Shown here in pieces: positions 48,988 to 63,300 of a stretch of 64,000 nt of DNA. The notes below the pieces were generated by a model. That model was not told the DNA's origin. It saw only the letters and a list, made by a program, of their open reading frames with translations, and did not search any database. How positions within the stretch are numbered: the stretch's first letter is position 1; every line of letters starts with the position of its first letter. Source of the stretch: Bispira polyomma (Eukaryota); the NCBI GenBank assembly GCA_965649765.1, contig OZ287751.1, forward strand, positions 8,680,001 through 8,744,000, in the 5' to 3' direction. The position numbers and the translations under genes were made by a program.

Positions 48988-49900
48988 GTAGGTCTTGTCA
49001 AATGTCGTCTGCTTGTTGAAGTTACCCATCTCCTGCTAGTGTCCAGCACAGTTCACAGAGTTAGATCTGGTCGAATGTTACAATCAAATCTAGTTCATAA
49101 TCATATACCACAGTTTATAGAAAGCCATAGGTAGGTCTAGTCAAATGTCGTCTGCTTGTAATTGCAATCAAATTCAGTTCATAGTCAAATACCACAGTTC
49201 GCAGAGAGAGGGGAATGTACATGTAGATAGCAAATGTCTTCTGCTTGTTTAAATTACATAAAATATCCCCACAGTTCACAAAAAGTCATAGATAGGTCTT
49301 GTCAAATGTCGTCTGTTTGTTACAATTAAATCTACTTCATAGTCAAATACCACAGTTCGCAGAGAGTCATATGTAGATGGCAAATGTTGTCTATTTGTTT
49401 AAATTACCCATTTCATGAAATATCCTGAACAGTTAAGAGTCATTGGTAGGTCTTGTCAAATGTCGTCTGCTTGTGACAATCAAATCTAATCTTATGACCA
49501 TATGTAGGTATTACATATAGAAATGTTCACATTTTACAGAGAATCATATGTAGGTGTCAAATGTCTTCTGCTTGCTTAAAAAATATTGACTTCATAGTCC
49601 TAATTATACACAGCTTGTAGCAAGTCATGGGTAGGTGGTAGATATCGTCTGCTTGTTAAAGTTACCCATTCCATGAAGTATTGTATACAGTTCCATGAAA
49701 ACTTGCCATCAAGAGTCGTCTGCATGTTTATCAAACACTGTATTTAGGTTTTATATACAGAAGTACCCTTGTCTGCTGGTTTAAATAAGCTATTTCATGA
49801 TCATATCAAGTGATATAGACAGAATGCATTGATACAGAAAGCCACAGAATCTAGGTGTTAAAAGTCGTCTGCTTGATTAAGTATCCATTTCACGATCATA
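48944..49900 (+). repeat. degenerate ~81-bp tandem array derived from the innexin exon/intron junction
   Basis: Unit is the last 44 nt of the exon plus the first ~37 nt of the intron (CCCATTTCCTGCTGGTGTCCAGCACAGTTCACAGAGAGTCACAG|GTAGGTCTTGTCAAATGTCGTCTGCTTGTT...). The second unit starts at 49025; about 10-11 increasingly diverged copies. Confidence 0.9.
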
Positions 49901-50029
49901 TTAGGCTCAGATCACACATCCAAATTTTTTTCTACCTAATTCCAAATTCGAAACCCGAATCCATAATTGATGAACACATCATATAGCTGAATCAAATTAA
50001 TTTAGAGCACAATGCCAGTATTCAATTGA

Positions 50030-50466
50030 CGATTTCTGTAATTCTGTTAAGCAGCTTTTTCAAATCTGCATTGGGCACAACTTACTGGTTTTTCCAGCTT
50101 CAATAAAAACAGATTTTGGGAAGTTAGCAAAAATAAGACCTAACAACCAATCAGATTGCAGTACAAAATGTTTATAATTTTTTTCTGCATGAACGTTCTG
50201 CTTAACGAAAATGTTCAAAGTGGTCAATCAAATAGAAAATATGCTTAACGGCCGATTTCTGTAATCCTGTTAAGCAGCTTTTTCAAATCTGCATTGGGCA
50301 CAATTTACTGGGTTTTCCAACTTCAATAAAACAGATGAAGTTAACAATAAGACCTAACAACCAATCAGATTGCAGTACAAAATGTTTACAATTTTTTTGC
50401 ATAAACTTTCTACTTAACGAAAATGTTCAAAGTGGTCAATTGAGTAGAAAATATGCTTAACGGCCG
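50030..50466. repeat. tandem duplication of ~220 bp
   Basis: CGATTTCTGTAAT...AATATGCTTAACGGCC at 50030-50252 and again at 50253-50466. Confidence 0.9.
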
Positions 50467-52899
50467 AAAACGTGCCCACCGATCTTACCAATCGAAAACA
50501 CTTCATAGGCAGAGCAATACCATATATTCAAAGTGTCTAAGGTTTATACATGAATCAATGTTCAAGGAACTTGTTGGTCTACTCAATTTGAGTGGCCACT
50601 TTGATCAGAGTTCTATAAAAGATTTAAAAGATTAGGAACACTGACCAAAATGGGTGACATTGATTCTTATGTTTTTGACCTTTTAGCATTTTTACTTTTC
50701 TCATGATTGTATCATAGATTTGCAGAGCCGTATTCACAAAAAGTCTCAGTCTTAAGATTTGGGGTTTTTAATTTATGCTGAAAATGTTAAGATTTTGGTC
50801 TTCGTCCCAGTGACAGTAAAAAAAGATTTTTGTTTAGTGTTAACTTTGCTCTCAACACTAAAACTAACAGTAGGCACAGTGTTAAATATTTTGAACATAA
50901 ATGTAAAGTTTAAGACTGGTCAGAAATGTGCTACATACTTTACAGAGTTTCACAAATATGTGTCAAATAACATTGTTTTTGTCAACCGTGTTCTTGATCA
51001 AACTGATTTGGAATTAAGGAAGCTGGCCTATACCATTTTGCATGACAGAACCAGGTTGACAGGCACAATTAGTGGTGAAATGGATAGATACTAACAGATA
51101 CAGGGTACTTTAAGTAAGTACTTTAAGTAAGTACTTTAAGTACCACAAGCTATAACCTGACCTCATAGAGGCTGGGGGAAGTGAATAAGGTGCCACACCA
51201 ATTCACCATAGTTTGGAATTGGATATTCAAAGTCTAACAATTGAAATGTTTTATTTACCTGAATTCTGTTTTATCTAACATACAATTATGTTATACTGGG
51301 TAAATTATTTGTTATCCAACTGGATGTTGGTTGTAGATGTGACCATATATATATATATAGACCAATGAAAATCGAGGACACAAACTTGTCTTGTTAGCTT
51401 CATCCCCAAACATTTCAATGACTAGTCAACCATAGTGCACTCATTTAGGCACTCTCGTCTCTTGGGAAGACGTTATGACTGATGATTCTGGGAAGTTTAG
51501 TGCATATTTTGTAGGTTTCAGACTACAAGGAGAGTTTCAATTCAACATATAAGGCATTGTACTTGATTATGCTTTGACAGAAATGGACTGACTATATTTT
51601 TGTAGAATCTACTATTTATATGACAACTAAGAAAGTAACACATAGACAGTTGCCCTTCTCCACTTAAGTTTTTTTTTTATTTTTGAAATACATGTATACA
51701 GATATTTAGTGATTAGATTTAATGTAATCATGTTATATTATGTATGATACAGCGATATCGTTTGGCGAATATCGTTTACATATTATCTTAAAGAACCTAA
51801 TATGTCCATCAGCCTAATACCTAATATAACCCACTCAAGTAGGAGATAAAAACACATTTGATAAAAAAAAGGTCCCTCTCTTTGATATGAAGTAAATGCT
51901 TCACTCTTATGTCTCATCTACTGAAGGTATTTATGGGCTGTCTATAACCTTACAAGTACCTCTTATTGTGGACAAATAATGCACATCTCTAAAAGTGTGT
52001 GTAAGAACTAATATCAACTGGTATGTCTTGGTGGTACATAACGCCCAACCTAGGTGCAGTAAAAACCCTAATGTTAAATACTAAAAAAAAAAATAGTTTT
52101 CATCCTGTAAAGGGCGCCGCTATTGAAATAGGTGATGCCATCTTAGAAATAATATGTAAGAATATCATGGGCTGGTTGGAAGCAATCGACTCATCCAAAC
52201 TGATGGGTGTCAGGGTGCCTGAGTATATATAGTGGCAATATTAACGTTAGTGTAATATCACACTGTGTGTCTGTGTCTTTTTTTTAAAGACAACTCTTGT
52301 TGGCAACAAGGGTAGACTCTCAAGCTTTACAATACACAAGGGAATTTTTCCCACTCAAAAAAGTGTCTCTTTTAAAGAATTTACACTTACATTTATATCC
52401 TTACAAAAACCCATAAAATGAATTGGGTATGAGACAGATGTACATAAATATAACTGTTAATGGGTAAGTTGAGGTTGGTAAGTTAGGACCTCGATAACTG
52501 TACTTTAATTTCAAAGAGGGAACACTTCCGTGTATCCTAACCCTATACTCAGAAAGTCAATGATAAAGTGTGAAAACATGTTGACTCACCAAAAAGCCAT
52601 CATGCAAACGTGGTATCATCCACATGTCCATAATAAGCCCATTAGTCTAGAAGTCAACATAGAATTTTTTAGTTTATCCCCAAGCAGGATATAGTATGCA
52701 GATGCAGAATCTGACATGCTGGAATCATTGAGTATTTTTCAAAACTCAAAATGGCTTCCAAGAAGGCTGCCAGGCAAAGTAGATACTGTAATACCTCCAT
52801 TTATATTAATTTGAACTATCACTGACTTAGTTTTATCCTTAGAATAGTCAATTTACAGTATTGCAGTTTTGTATTATTAATGTATCATACAATGCCAAT

Positions 52900-53170
52900 G
52901 GGGGCCGCGGTGACCTAGTGGTTAGCAAGCATTGCACTTCACAATCACTGGTCTCTCATCTCTGGGATTGGCTGGCGTGGGTTCGACTCCCGTCAATGCC
53001 TATGTGGAAAAGGTGGCAGTTCCTTACTGTGGGCCGCTGGTTTCAGTGCAGAATCTCGATCAACTGTATGCAGTGTTTCCTCCAGCGTTTCCAACTATCC
53101 CTCCCAATATAGCCTAAACAGGTACTAGAGTGGACGTTAAATATCCCAATTCAAAGAAAAAGAAAACAAT
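52900..53170 (+). mobile_element. full-length tRNA-derived SINE family A
   Basis: A-box TGACCTAGTGG, B-box GGTTCGACTCC and an A-rich tail. TSD TCATACAATGCCAAT / TCATACAATGTTAAT (52885-52899 and 53171-53185). Confidence 0.9.
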
Positions 53171-55091
53171 TCATACAATGTTAATATATTTTACTGAAAA
53201 AAAATGTCTGTTGGGGGTTTCCAGTTTAAAACTAAATTTCTGTTAATCCCATAAATACACTCGCCAGATATTAAACCTGTCACCATGCTTCCAGTTATGC
53301 GATTTGTTTTTGACAGTATGTATTGTCCATACTGACATGTTTTGATTTTGGTGAGAAAGTCTGCCCTGGTATTATTATATAGATAAACACCAAGTGGCAC
53401 TACATAATGTCTATTATAAAACCCAACCCAACTAAAACAACATTTTTGAATGAAAATTAAAATTACATTAAGAATGTGTCTTTAAATATTTACTTTATTA
53501 AGAGGGTAGAAAATGCTACTACTACATTATTTTGTACCACTACATTATTAGAAAATAATGTAGTGACACTTCAATGGAAATGCACACTGCTTGGGTTTTA
53601 TTGTATTATTATTTATCAACATGTTTAAAACATGTCTTGATTGTGTTTAACACTATAATTTGCAAAATCTAAACACATTTTTTGTGGCAAACCTAAATAG
53701 AGAGACATCTTACTAGGGCTGGACTAATGGTCACACAAACTGTCAGAAACATATGACAGACACACAGACTGGCTCACATAATACACTGCAGGTAGTGGTG
53801 CTTCTAAAAAGATAGCAGACCAAATTAGTTAATACCTCGTTAGGATTTCTAATAAACTAAGACTTTGTAGAATCTACTATAGTTGAAATCCATAGTGAAC
53901 TACTTTATTTGTTCAGAGTTTCACCATAAAACATTTACAATAATTTTTGCACAAACAAGGCATTTACAATTGAGTAGCAAAAAAAACCCCAATGATATCT
54001 CTGTCCAATGAACAAAAACATGTGTATGTATGAATTAGTATGTCAAAAGTCATTGCGTAGGAAATAAAGATGGGGAGGGGGTGACCGGCTTAATGGTGTA
54101 TATGTATCCGTCTTGTTCGGATAGCAGAGGTTTACTTACATAGGTGTTATACTTAATGGTAGACGACATCAAATCTATGACATAATTCTGACTCCTAGGT
54201 TTTTTTACAACCGCTTCAGATTAATAATGGCATTTTATTGGGCTGTCAATAGCCCTATTTATTTGAAGGGATGGGGGGGGGGGGGGGGGTCAGTTTACGA
54301 GGGTACAACAAATATTTACCTCCTGTTGATGATATGTAAAGTGTTAATCAAGGTATTAGGGTAAACAAAGTTAACACATTTCTTGACCTGTTACATATAT
54401 CCTACCTTTTGAAACATTTTAAGACCTTGGGTTGGTTCAGATTAAAATTAATTTTTTGTGAATAAAATGTCTTCAGGAGGTTCTTAGTACTTATTAATCT
54501 GTGAAAATGTTGGCACAGGATTAATTACCCTGAATCTAATCTTAAAAGAAGTATTTGGTATATTGCTAATTAAGTAGGCATAAGCACTTCCATTAAAACT
54601 GAGAAACAATGTAACCAAAGAAAGCCTAAACCACATTAAATTAGGACCTTTGGCTCAGTGGTCAGATTACTGGACTAAGAATACAGGGAGCTGCGGTTCA
54701 AACCTAATTGCAAGCCTAGTGTTGTAAATATTCAACAACTTAGATCTTGGCTTAGCGTTGTTGTTTTTTATTGTTGCAAGTTTTGTCATTTTCTACCAAA
54801 TTCAACAATTACTTCTCAATGAATGATTTATATTAAAACACATGGATGTTTACAAACAATTATCTGTCTACTTCAATCTGGGTAAGTTTCCGAGCGTGAA
54901 TGCAAGGTTAGTTGTAGTTTGAAGCATTACCCTACAATGGAGCCAGTATGCACAGACAATATGGCCAGTATGTCCAGTTATGTTGTTTTTTATGTCCACA
55001 CTGATAAGGACAAGTAGATAAGCCCCTGACCAGTTTAAACCAGATGGCAAATACATACCTTATCTCACAGTTTTATAGACCTATGTTTTCC

Positions 55092-55483
55092 AACCTCCGC
55101 CAAAAAGCTTATATTTTCACCCATTGCACATTTATTGGTTTGTTTATTTGACACCAGGTTTACACCAAAATCAACTAAACTGATTTACATGAAATTTGGT
55201 CCGGACAGATGGGACATAGGCCTCAGGAATAATCACTTAAATTTGGTTCCGGGTCCGATCTACTTAATTTTACAACAACAAAAATTGATAGAAAAATATG
55301 TATGACGGGGTCCGACCCAGTAGACAGGGTGATTTAAGAAATTTCTTTCCCTTTTTTGCTAAGGTTGCAACTTGGTGGAGTACTGCACTCTATGGAGTGC
55401 CCTTTTACTTACATCTGCTAAAAAATGGACATGGAAATTTGGTGGAGAGGGGGGTATGAACTCTACAGGGTGCTCTTCTAGTT
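55092..55483 (+). mobile_element. Helentron-associated (HINE-like) element
   Basis: 5' ACCTCCGCCAAAAAGCTTATATTTTC, (TTTG)n and ATGAAATTTGG. 3' GGTGGAGTACTGCACTCTATGGAGTGC hairpin, then a second 3'-end-like copy ending TTCTAGTT. Confidence 0.6.
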
Positions 55484-56277
55484 CTAGGTGCTATAATATA
55501 TCACCTCTGTCTAGTGCATATTTTGTAGTATGTCTGAAGGGCAATGTAAGATTATGGGGGTTGACAGTTTTATTATTTAGAATTTTTGTTACTTGACTTC
55601 ATTATTCAGACTACATTTATCACCTTTTACATCTAACGAGAACTGTAAAGTGTCATCTTAATTATAGGTTCAATATAAAAAATAAAGAGGTTTATGTTAT
55701 CAGATCAAGTGTACTTACTTGCTAAATAACAGGTGGTATCTTAATCACCCACTCAAAATGTTTAACTTTTTTTTTACCTTGCAAATGCAGCCAGATTTCT
55801 GTGTTACAAGTATTAGCTCGATATATTGTAAGACAAAACCAATTGTTTGAATCACCAGATAAAAATTGTGATTTTTATGTATATTTCAATGGAAAAAACG
55901 TGACTTATCACTGCACTTGTAACATACTTCACTTACTATTGTATTGTCAAGTAGCGCCTATTTCGAAGATTTCTCTCCATCACTTTGATTGTTGTTTTGA
56001 AATGCTTATTTCAATGGCTCATTCATCAGTTATGTAAAGGGTAGTTTGCCCAAAACTGTGACTGACTGTGACAAATATATATATAGAGAGATTTTTTTAA
56101 GCCATACACTTTTATAACTTTTTTAAAATTATTTTGAGACAGAAGGAACTAGATTCATGTTTTATTGCATGTACATTTAGAATGCTAAATAAACACGTTT
56201 AAAGTTTTCACTTGGTTTTGTGAGGGCCATGTGTATGTTCAATTTGTCATGATCCCTCAAATATCTCGTTTTGAAGT

Positions 56278-56643
56278 GATCTGTGCTCATCACATTTTAA
56301 TGTATTGTAGTAATCTAAGATCATGAACATAGTCAGGTAACTTCGGAAAATATTCAACAGATATTTCAGCAAAAACCAATACATGTCAATGTTACACTTC
56401 CCCAAAAATGCAAAAAGAGACACAGCCATATTATTCAAAACCCCTAATAGCCAGAAATATCTTGTTTTGAAGGGATCTGTGCTCATCACATTTTAATGTT
56501 TTGTAGTAATCTAAGATCGTGACTATGGTCATGTAACTTAAGTATATATTAAACAGATATTCAGTGTTACACTTTCCCCAAAAATGCAAAAAGATGAAAG
56601 AAACACAGCCACATTAGTCACCCCCCCAATAGCCAGAAATATC
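56278..56643. repeat. tandem duplication of ~180 bp
   Basis: GATCTGTGCTCATCACATTTTAATG...AATAGCCAGAAATATC at 56278-56461 and 56474-56643. Confidence 0.85.
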
Positions 56644-57063
56644 GAACCACCAACGGTTGTTCACAGAATTTGACCTGGCCACAAGCAGAAATCCAGTGGT
56701 CTCTTTTCCCTAAATTAAATTAATTACAGCTAATCCCAGCAGGGTGGATTCAATATGTTAAGTTGAGTCAATGGCTATCTGTATTTTCTTTAAGCCCATA
56801 AACCATTGACCCAATGATGAGAAAAGTGAATTGATTTTGCTAAATACAGCGACCCTTCCTGATAACACTTTTATTGTGACCAAAATTAGTTCTTCTTGCA
56901 GTTCCTAATTTCTATTTTTTTTTAATTTTATTAAATAGTCACAGAAAAAGACAAACAAAAATATAAATAAATATTACTGCTGTGTTAGTTTGTTTATGCA
57001 CACAGATGATTAAGTAAGTAATTTTAGTTTCTTTGACATCAAACAAAATTAATTATAATCTAA

Positions 57064-57383
57064 AGGCCGAGTCACATTCAACCGAATCTGAATATACAGA
57101 TCATTTGGTATAAAGCGATGTATCCTAAACATTCACACTAAAACAAAAAGCAACCGTGATTCAAATATACAGACAAAATACAAAAGATGCACAGATCTTT
57201 TCCTGAGTTTAGGATTGATTTTGTGGCTAAATGTCAAAATGAAAAGGATATACATAGCATTAAAAGCATGATACAGCCAGATTTGTGACGAAGTGTAAAC
57301 GGTTTGGTGCTAAAAATTCCAGCAATAGATTTAAAGTTGATGGATCTGTATATAATCGGATTTGCCACAGTGTGAATTGAGCA
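57064..57383. mobile_element. Harbinger-like MITE, degenerate
   Basis: Imperfect TIR GGCCGAGTCACA / TGTGAATTGAGC, with sub-terminal inverted AATCTGAATATACAGATC / GATCTGTATATAATCGGATT. Confidence 0.45.
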
Positions 57384-60338
57384 TTAGAAGACATTCAGCT
57401 ATCAAATATAGCGTTTAAAAATTGTAGTTATTCCCAAGACCAGTTTTGTCCTATTATGTACACTAGCACTAACACAAATCTCTGTTCAACTGTAGGAAAC
57501 ATGACAGGTATAACCTTGACCTTAGAACAACATTTCAGTTGCTTCAGTACAGTAAAAGCTACAGTGATGGTTTTTGTGTGGGTGTACTATACAATGAGTT
57601 GTTCACCAGTCATAATTGATTCAGCTAGGTTAACCACGAATATAAGATACTTAAACCTGGTTAGTCATTTATTTAGCTGAGATTGATGTGTCATATAAAT
57701 TATATTTAAAAAAAAACACCCCAAACCAACTTGTTATCACAACAGGATATAGAGAGGTTGCTGCAACACAGAATGAAATTGTTACACTTTTCAAAACCAA
57801 GCAAGTGTATGGGTATGTATATATTATAAGATATGTCACTAATAAAACCACAGCATAAGAAACAGGAATTAATCAACTACAGATTAAACACAGTACAAGA
57901 CCCGACACAAACAATAATCGCCAGCAGACTGATAACAGGAATCTACAACAACAAAACCTGAGACCATTATGAGGAGATAACATGGTCATTTTACCCAAAG
58001 TGGACCCCCACCTGTGATTGACAAGGGTGGGGGAATTGATGGAAAACAAATTCTCAGATAAAAATTTCCCTCTGTGTAAATAAAATACTGCATTCATGGA
58101 AATTTCCACTAAGGAATTAATTTTAGCTATTTGTAGCAATTGACCAATTAAAGACCAAAAATTACATTTATCGGCGAAAATTTAAATTTGTGTATTTATC
58201 GTTAAACTTAAAAAATTGCTCAATAGTGAAAATTAATTCCAGTGAATATCTTAAAATGTTGAACATAGTGAAGTTTTCTTCTTGCAACAATTTCCACTTA
58301 TAACAGTACAACACTCAACTCACCCGGATTTTTATATTCTGATTGATTAATGTTTTATAAATACTGATATATGATATGGAAGATCTTTGATTAACACACA
58401 TTTACCCCCCCCCCCCCAAAAAAAAAAAAAAAAAAAAATAGTTTAAGTTAAGTATACAATAAATGCACAGATAATGGCTAGTCTGGTTGTTTAGGTTTAA
58501 CTGCAATTAACTTTGAAATCAGTCACAAATAAACATACAAACATGAGTCTCCATATACCAAAGAGATGATTTAAAAAAACCTCAAACACAACTTCAAACT
58601 TTTCTTAAGAGTTTTAACTTCTATTTATTGTGTAGAGTCACAGGCCATCGAGTTCATTTGAGTTGGTCCCTTATTTAATCTCTAACTAATAAGTGGGTGG
58701 TGGACTGACCCAGACAGAAGTTGATGCTGATGTTTATGTAGTGCTAACTGGTATAACAAGGCTGTGCAATGTAGGCTTATAGCATCTGGATTTTAAGAAA
58801 GTCTGACAAAAACCCTGCACTTAAAATAAGCTATGGTTCATTTTTGTATATTTTGTTTTATAAAATTATGACTCTTTATTTATGGAAGGAAACAGGTAAA
58901 GGTACTTCTGAACTGGGGAAAGTAGTATTATTATATATTTTTTTCTAATAAAAAGTATATGCAGCTATTTGACGTGTTTTGGATCAATTACATCTGGTAT
59001 GATTCACCAATATACATATATACACAGATGTTTGCATTATGGTGCAACTAGTAATACTGCATAAGTGAAAATTAAAACTAAGTTACAAATTCTAAATGTA
59101 TTCACTGTCATAGCTTATTAGCAAAAATAACTTAAATGAATCCCTCCCCAAATTATAATTGAATTCACAATACTCTTTTTCATTGCAGTGGCTTAACCTT
59201 CGCCTTTATGAAGTTGGCCAGATATTGAGACAGTAAAAGAAATGGAATAATGTACCTGGAAAGTTAGGGGGTATAAGGGGGGGGGGGGTTAGTTTGTGGT
59301 GTGGTTTTACTTCTGGACTGATAAGGACTTAACTTCTAACAGAGCCATACAACCAGCCACACACACAAGCACTGGCCAGAAAAGATATGGATAAAGTGCA
59401 CTACTACTAAAAAGGCCTCAGGTACTATTGGTGCACTTGTTTTGGGCGGTGGAGAAAGAAAAAAATTAATTACTGATTGTGTTGTTGGCGGCTGTGGTGG
59501 ATTAAAAGTCACTACCAGACATCTTAGAAACAGGACTCTGTGGTGAAACTTAAATTTAAAGAACCAAAAAAAAAAAACAACCCCAAAAAAATGTACATAA
59601 TCTAGATCTAGATCGGTCTAGATCTAATATATTTGGTGTGTAACATTTGAAGCTGATATGTATATATATATATGTACATTCATAGTAACTAGATTTGATA
59701 ATATACATTATACAGAATTTTGTTCCCCTTTATTGGATTACATACACAAAAAACCTGTGATAAATGTGGTTGTTCTTTGATAGAAGGAGTCAGGAGCAGA
59801 GATTTGAACTGTTATACACAAAACACACACACACACAGCTGAAGTCACTAGGTATAAAGACTGGTCAAACTCTATCACATATCTTGAATCTGGATTATTA
59901 CAAGGATTGACTTCAGCTCCTGTGTATATGTACGTGTGATTATCCATATATGTTTTGTGGTTGGACATACAAGTCATTATTTCATCGGTTTGTAGAAATA
60001 GTGAAAAGCAACTGTTATCGAAACATAGAGGAGTTGTTGGCAGAGTTACTACCATCATATTTAAAGTGACAATAAAATAAACTAAGAAAAAATTATTTTC
60101 TTTGGGATTTGTATTTCTTTTGTGTACATGATTTGATGCATTAAAATTTGGATTTAAAATCGTGTATGCCACTGAACATTATACAATGGGATATGAACAC
60201 CAAATATAATAAATATAGAATGTTGTATGAGGTTCACAATATGAATATTTAAACTGTCACTCCACTCAGATAACTGGATTTATCTTATATAGACAGAGTA
60301 CCTTTAATCAGCTGTACTTATTATATGTCACCAGGATA

Positions 60339-63300
60339 ATGGCTACCTATGCAAACACCAGATATTTGTGCCGTCTTCAGCTGACGTGCCTTATATGGCT
60401 GGTAGGAGTGACCTTGACCTTGTGCTTGCCTTCAGGTCCGGAATCTCAGTTTACATTCCTCCACTCGAAACAAGCCCAGTTTGCCAAGGACTTGCAGAAC
60501 TATCAAATTACCATTCCAGAGAAAGTGACAAAAACTGGCACATTTCTTTCACATAGTGTCAACCACGTGTTACCTGCATTACGTCATAAGCGGAGCCTTG
60601 GGTTCACACAGAGCACACTGGATGGTGATCTTTTGGAGCAAATTCATTACAAATTAAAGGTGGATAATAAAAACTTACATTTAGAACTGCAGCCCAATGA
60701 TAAGCTTATATCTCCAGGCTTTGTGATCGAAAGAAGAAACAAAGGTTATCAGAATCTCTCCCATGCCAACATTAAAGCTTATCCACAGAATAAGTGTCAC
60801 TATGTTGGTAAAGTGAAAGGAGATCCATTGTCCCAGGTTGCCCTGGCCACATGTGATGGCTTACATGGGCTAATAAGTACAACCGATGGTCAGTATATGA
60901 TAGAACCACTCAAAGTAAACAATGCAGACAGTTCAGCAAAACATGCCCATTTGATATACAACAGAACATCCTTACCTGCACATCTAGACGTACAGCAAAG
61001 TTCCAACAGATTGCCCAAAGATCAACATTTAAAATCTGACTCGTGTGGAGTAGAAGAAAGCTATGGTCAAATTCTGAAAGAAAGGGATACTTGGCAAAGA
61101 GAAAACCACCAGGAAACAAAAAAGAATCGTCGCAGAAAGAAGAGGTCATTCAGTGTGGAGAGGTATGTTGAAGTGATGGTGGTAGTTGACAAAGATATGA
61201 TGGAGTATTACGAGAATGATGATGTAGAAACTTATGTGCTTACCATAATGAACATGGTCTCCATGCTCTACCATGATTCATCTATAGGTAATGCCATCAA
61301 TGTAGTTCTTGTGAATATGATGTTGATGGACTATGAGGAGAAACAACTGAAAATCACCCACCATGCCGATAACACACTCAGAAGTTTCTGTAAGTGGCAG
61401 AAGTCAATAAACCCAAAAAAGGATTCTGATCCCAATCATCACGATGTGGCTGTTTTAATAACAAGACGTAACATCTGTTCAAAACGCAATGAGCCATGCA
61501 GTACCTTAGGCCTGTCTCAAGTGAATGGTCTGTGCCAGCCTCATAGGAGTTGTAACATTAATGAAGATACTGGATTGTCACTGGCATACACAGTGGCCCA
61601 TGAGCTCGGACATAATTTTGGGATGCAACACGATGGACCAGAAAATGGCTGTCAACCCAAAACAGGGAAATATCAGCTCATGATGTCTGCTCAACTTAAT
61701 GCAGAGGCCTGTCCTATGGTCTGGTCCCCATGTAGTGAAGCTGCTATCACTAAATTCCTTGACAGAGATTGGGGTTTCTGCCTGGACGATGAACCATTGA
61801 ATCATGACTTTTATCTGGACGAGCGACCGCCAGGGATAAAGTATGATGCTGAACACCAGTGCAAATTACAGTATGGCGATGATGCCACATTTTGTGAAGG
61901 AATCGACAATCAGTGTTCCACTCTTTGGTGCAGAGTTCAGAACAAATGCATGACCAGATTGGAAGCTGCAGCTGAGGGTACTATTTGTGGAGATAACAAG
62001 TGGTGTTCTGGTGGTAAATGTGTAACCCAAGGAGAATCTTCTATGTCTCAGAATGGTGAATGGGGAGAATGGGGTTCTTGGTCAAAATGTAGCCGACCAT
62101 GTGGAGCTGGGGTGGCTTACACGGAAAGACATTGTGATAATCCAAGACCAAAGAATGGTGGCAAGTACTGCCTGGGGGAAAGAAAGCGATTTAGAATTTG
62201 TAACACAGATGCATGTGCAGAAGACAGCCCAAGTTTCCAGCATATTCAGTGTTCTGATTTCAACGGTATACCATATAAGGGGCAGTATTATAAGTGGGAG
62301 TATGTTGTGAATCCAAGGACACCGTGCCAATTACACTGCCGTCCTAAAGGGCACTTCTTTTCTGTAATGTTAGCAGATATTGTGAAAGATGGTACTCCCT
62401 GTTCTAACAAAGGGGCACGGGCCATGTGCATCAGTGGCATTTGCCGACAGGTAGGGTGTGATTGGGACATAGACTCAGAAGCCCTAGAGGATGGTTGCGG
62501 TGTATGTAGAGGTGACGGTTCAACTTGTAAAACTGTTAAGTCTAAGTTTGAGAAGGAACAAGGACTTGGTTATGTAGAAGCTACAGTGATACCTATGGGA
62601 GCAAGAAACATCCGCATTGAAGAAGTGGCAGAATCTAATAATTATCTTGCTGTACGTAATGATGAAGGAGAGTATTATCTTAATGGAGGATGGTTTATTC
62701 AGTGGAATGGTGAATATGAAGCTGCAGGAACTGTCATGTCGTATGAGAGAGATGGAGACAAAGAAATGCTAAGTGCTCCTGGACCTCTGAAAGAACCTTT
62801 ACATATAATGTTACTCTTCCAGTCTGAAAACCCTGGAGTGGAGTTTGAATTTACTGTGCCTAAGATTAATACGACAGATCAGAGAGCACCCGAGTTCAAA
62901 TGGATATACAGTGACTGGACTCATTGTACACAGTCATGTGGAGGTGGGAATCAAAGATCCCAAGTAGCGTGCAGCGACCTAGAACTGGGCATTGTTTCAG
63001 ATCGGTACTGCAATATAAGCACCATGCCAGAAGACATGATGAGGGCATGTAATGAGCATCCTTGTCCACCGAGATGGTGGCCTGGACACTGGCAACACTG
63101 CTCCATTAGTTGTGGAGGAAATGGTGTTAGACGTAGAACTGTCCTCTGTGTGAGAAGTTCTGGTAACGGAGTTCATGAAGCACTAGATGACTCTCAATGC
63201 AAGGCTATGAAGAAGCCAGATGAACAGGAACTGTGCAAACATAACCCCAAATGTGAGACAGCTGGGATCTGGGAGGAAGGACCATGGTCAAGCTGTACAT

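Noticed and set aside
54645-54715. tRNA gene candidates (also SINE heads at 26307 and 52900)
   Set aside because: A/B-box-like motifs are present but there is no clean cloverleaf; the complete copies run into SINE bodies with tails and TSDs.
59161-59230. Acceptor TTTTTCATTGCAG| (59188) as innexin exon 2
   Set aside because: In phase with the innexin donor it reads SGLTFAFMKLARY* with no innexin similarity. It may instead be an ADAMTS 5'-UTR exon.
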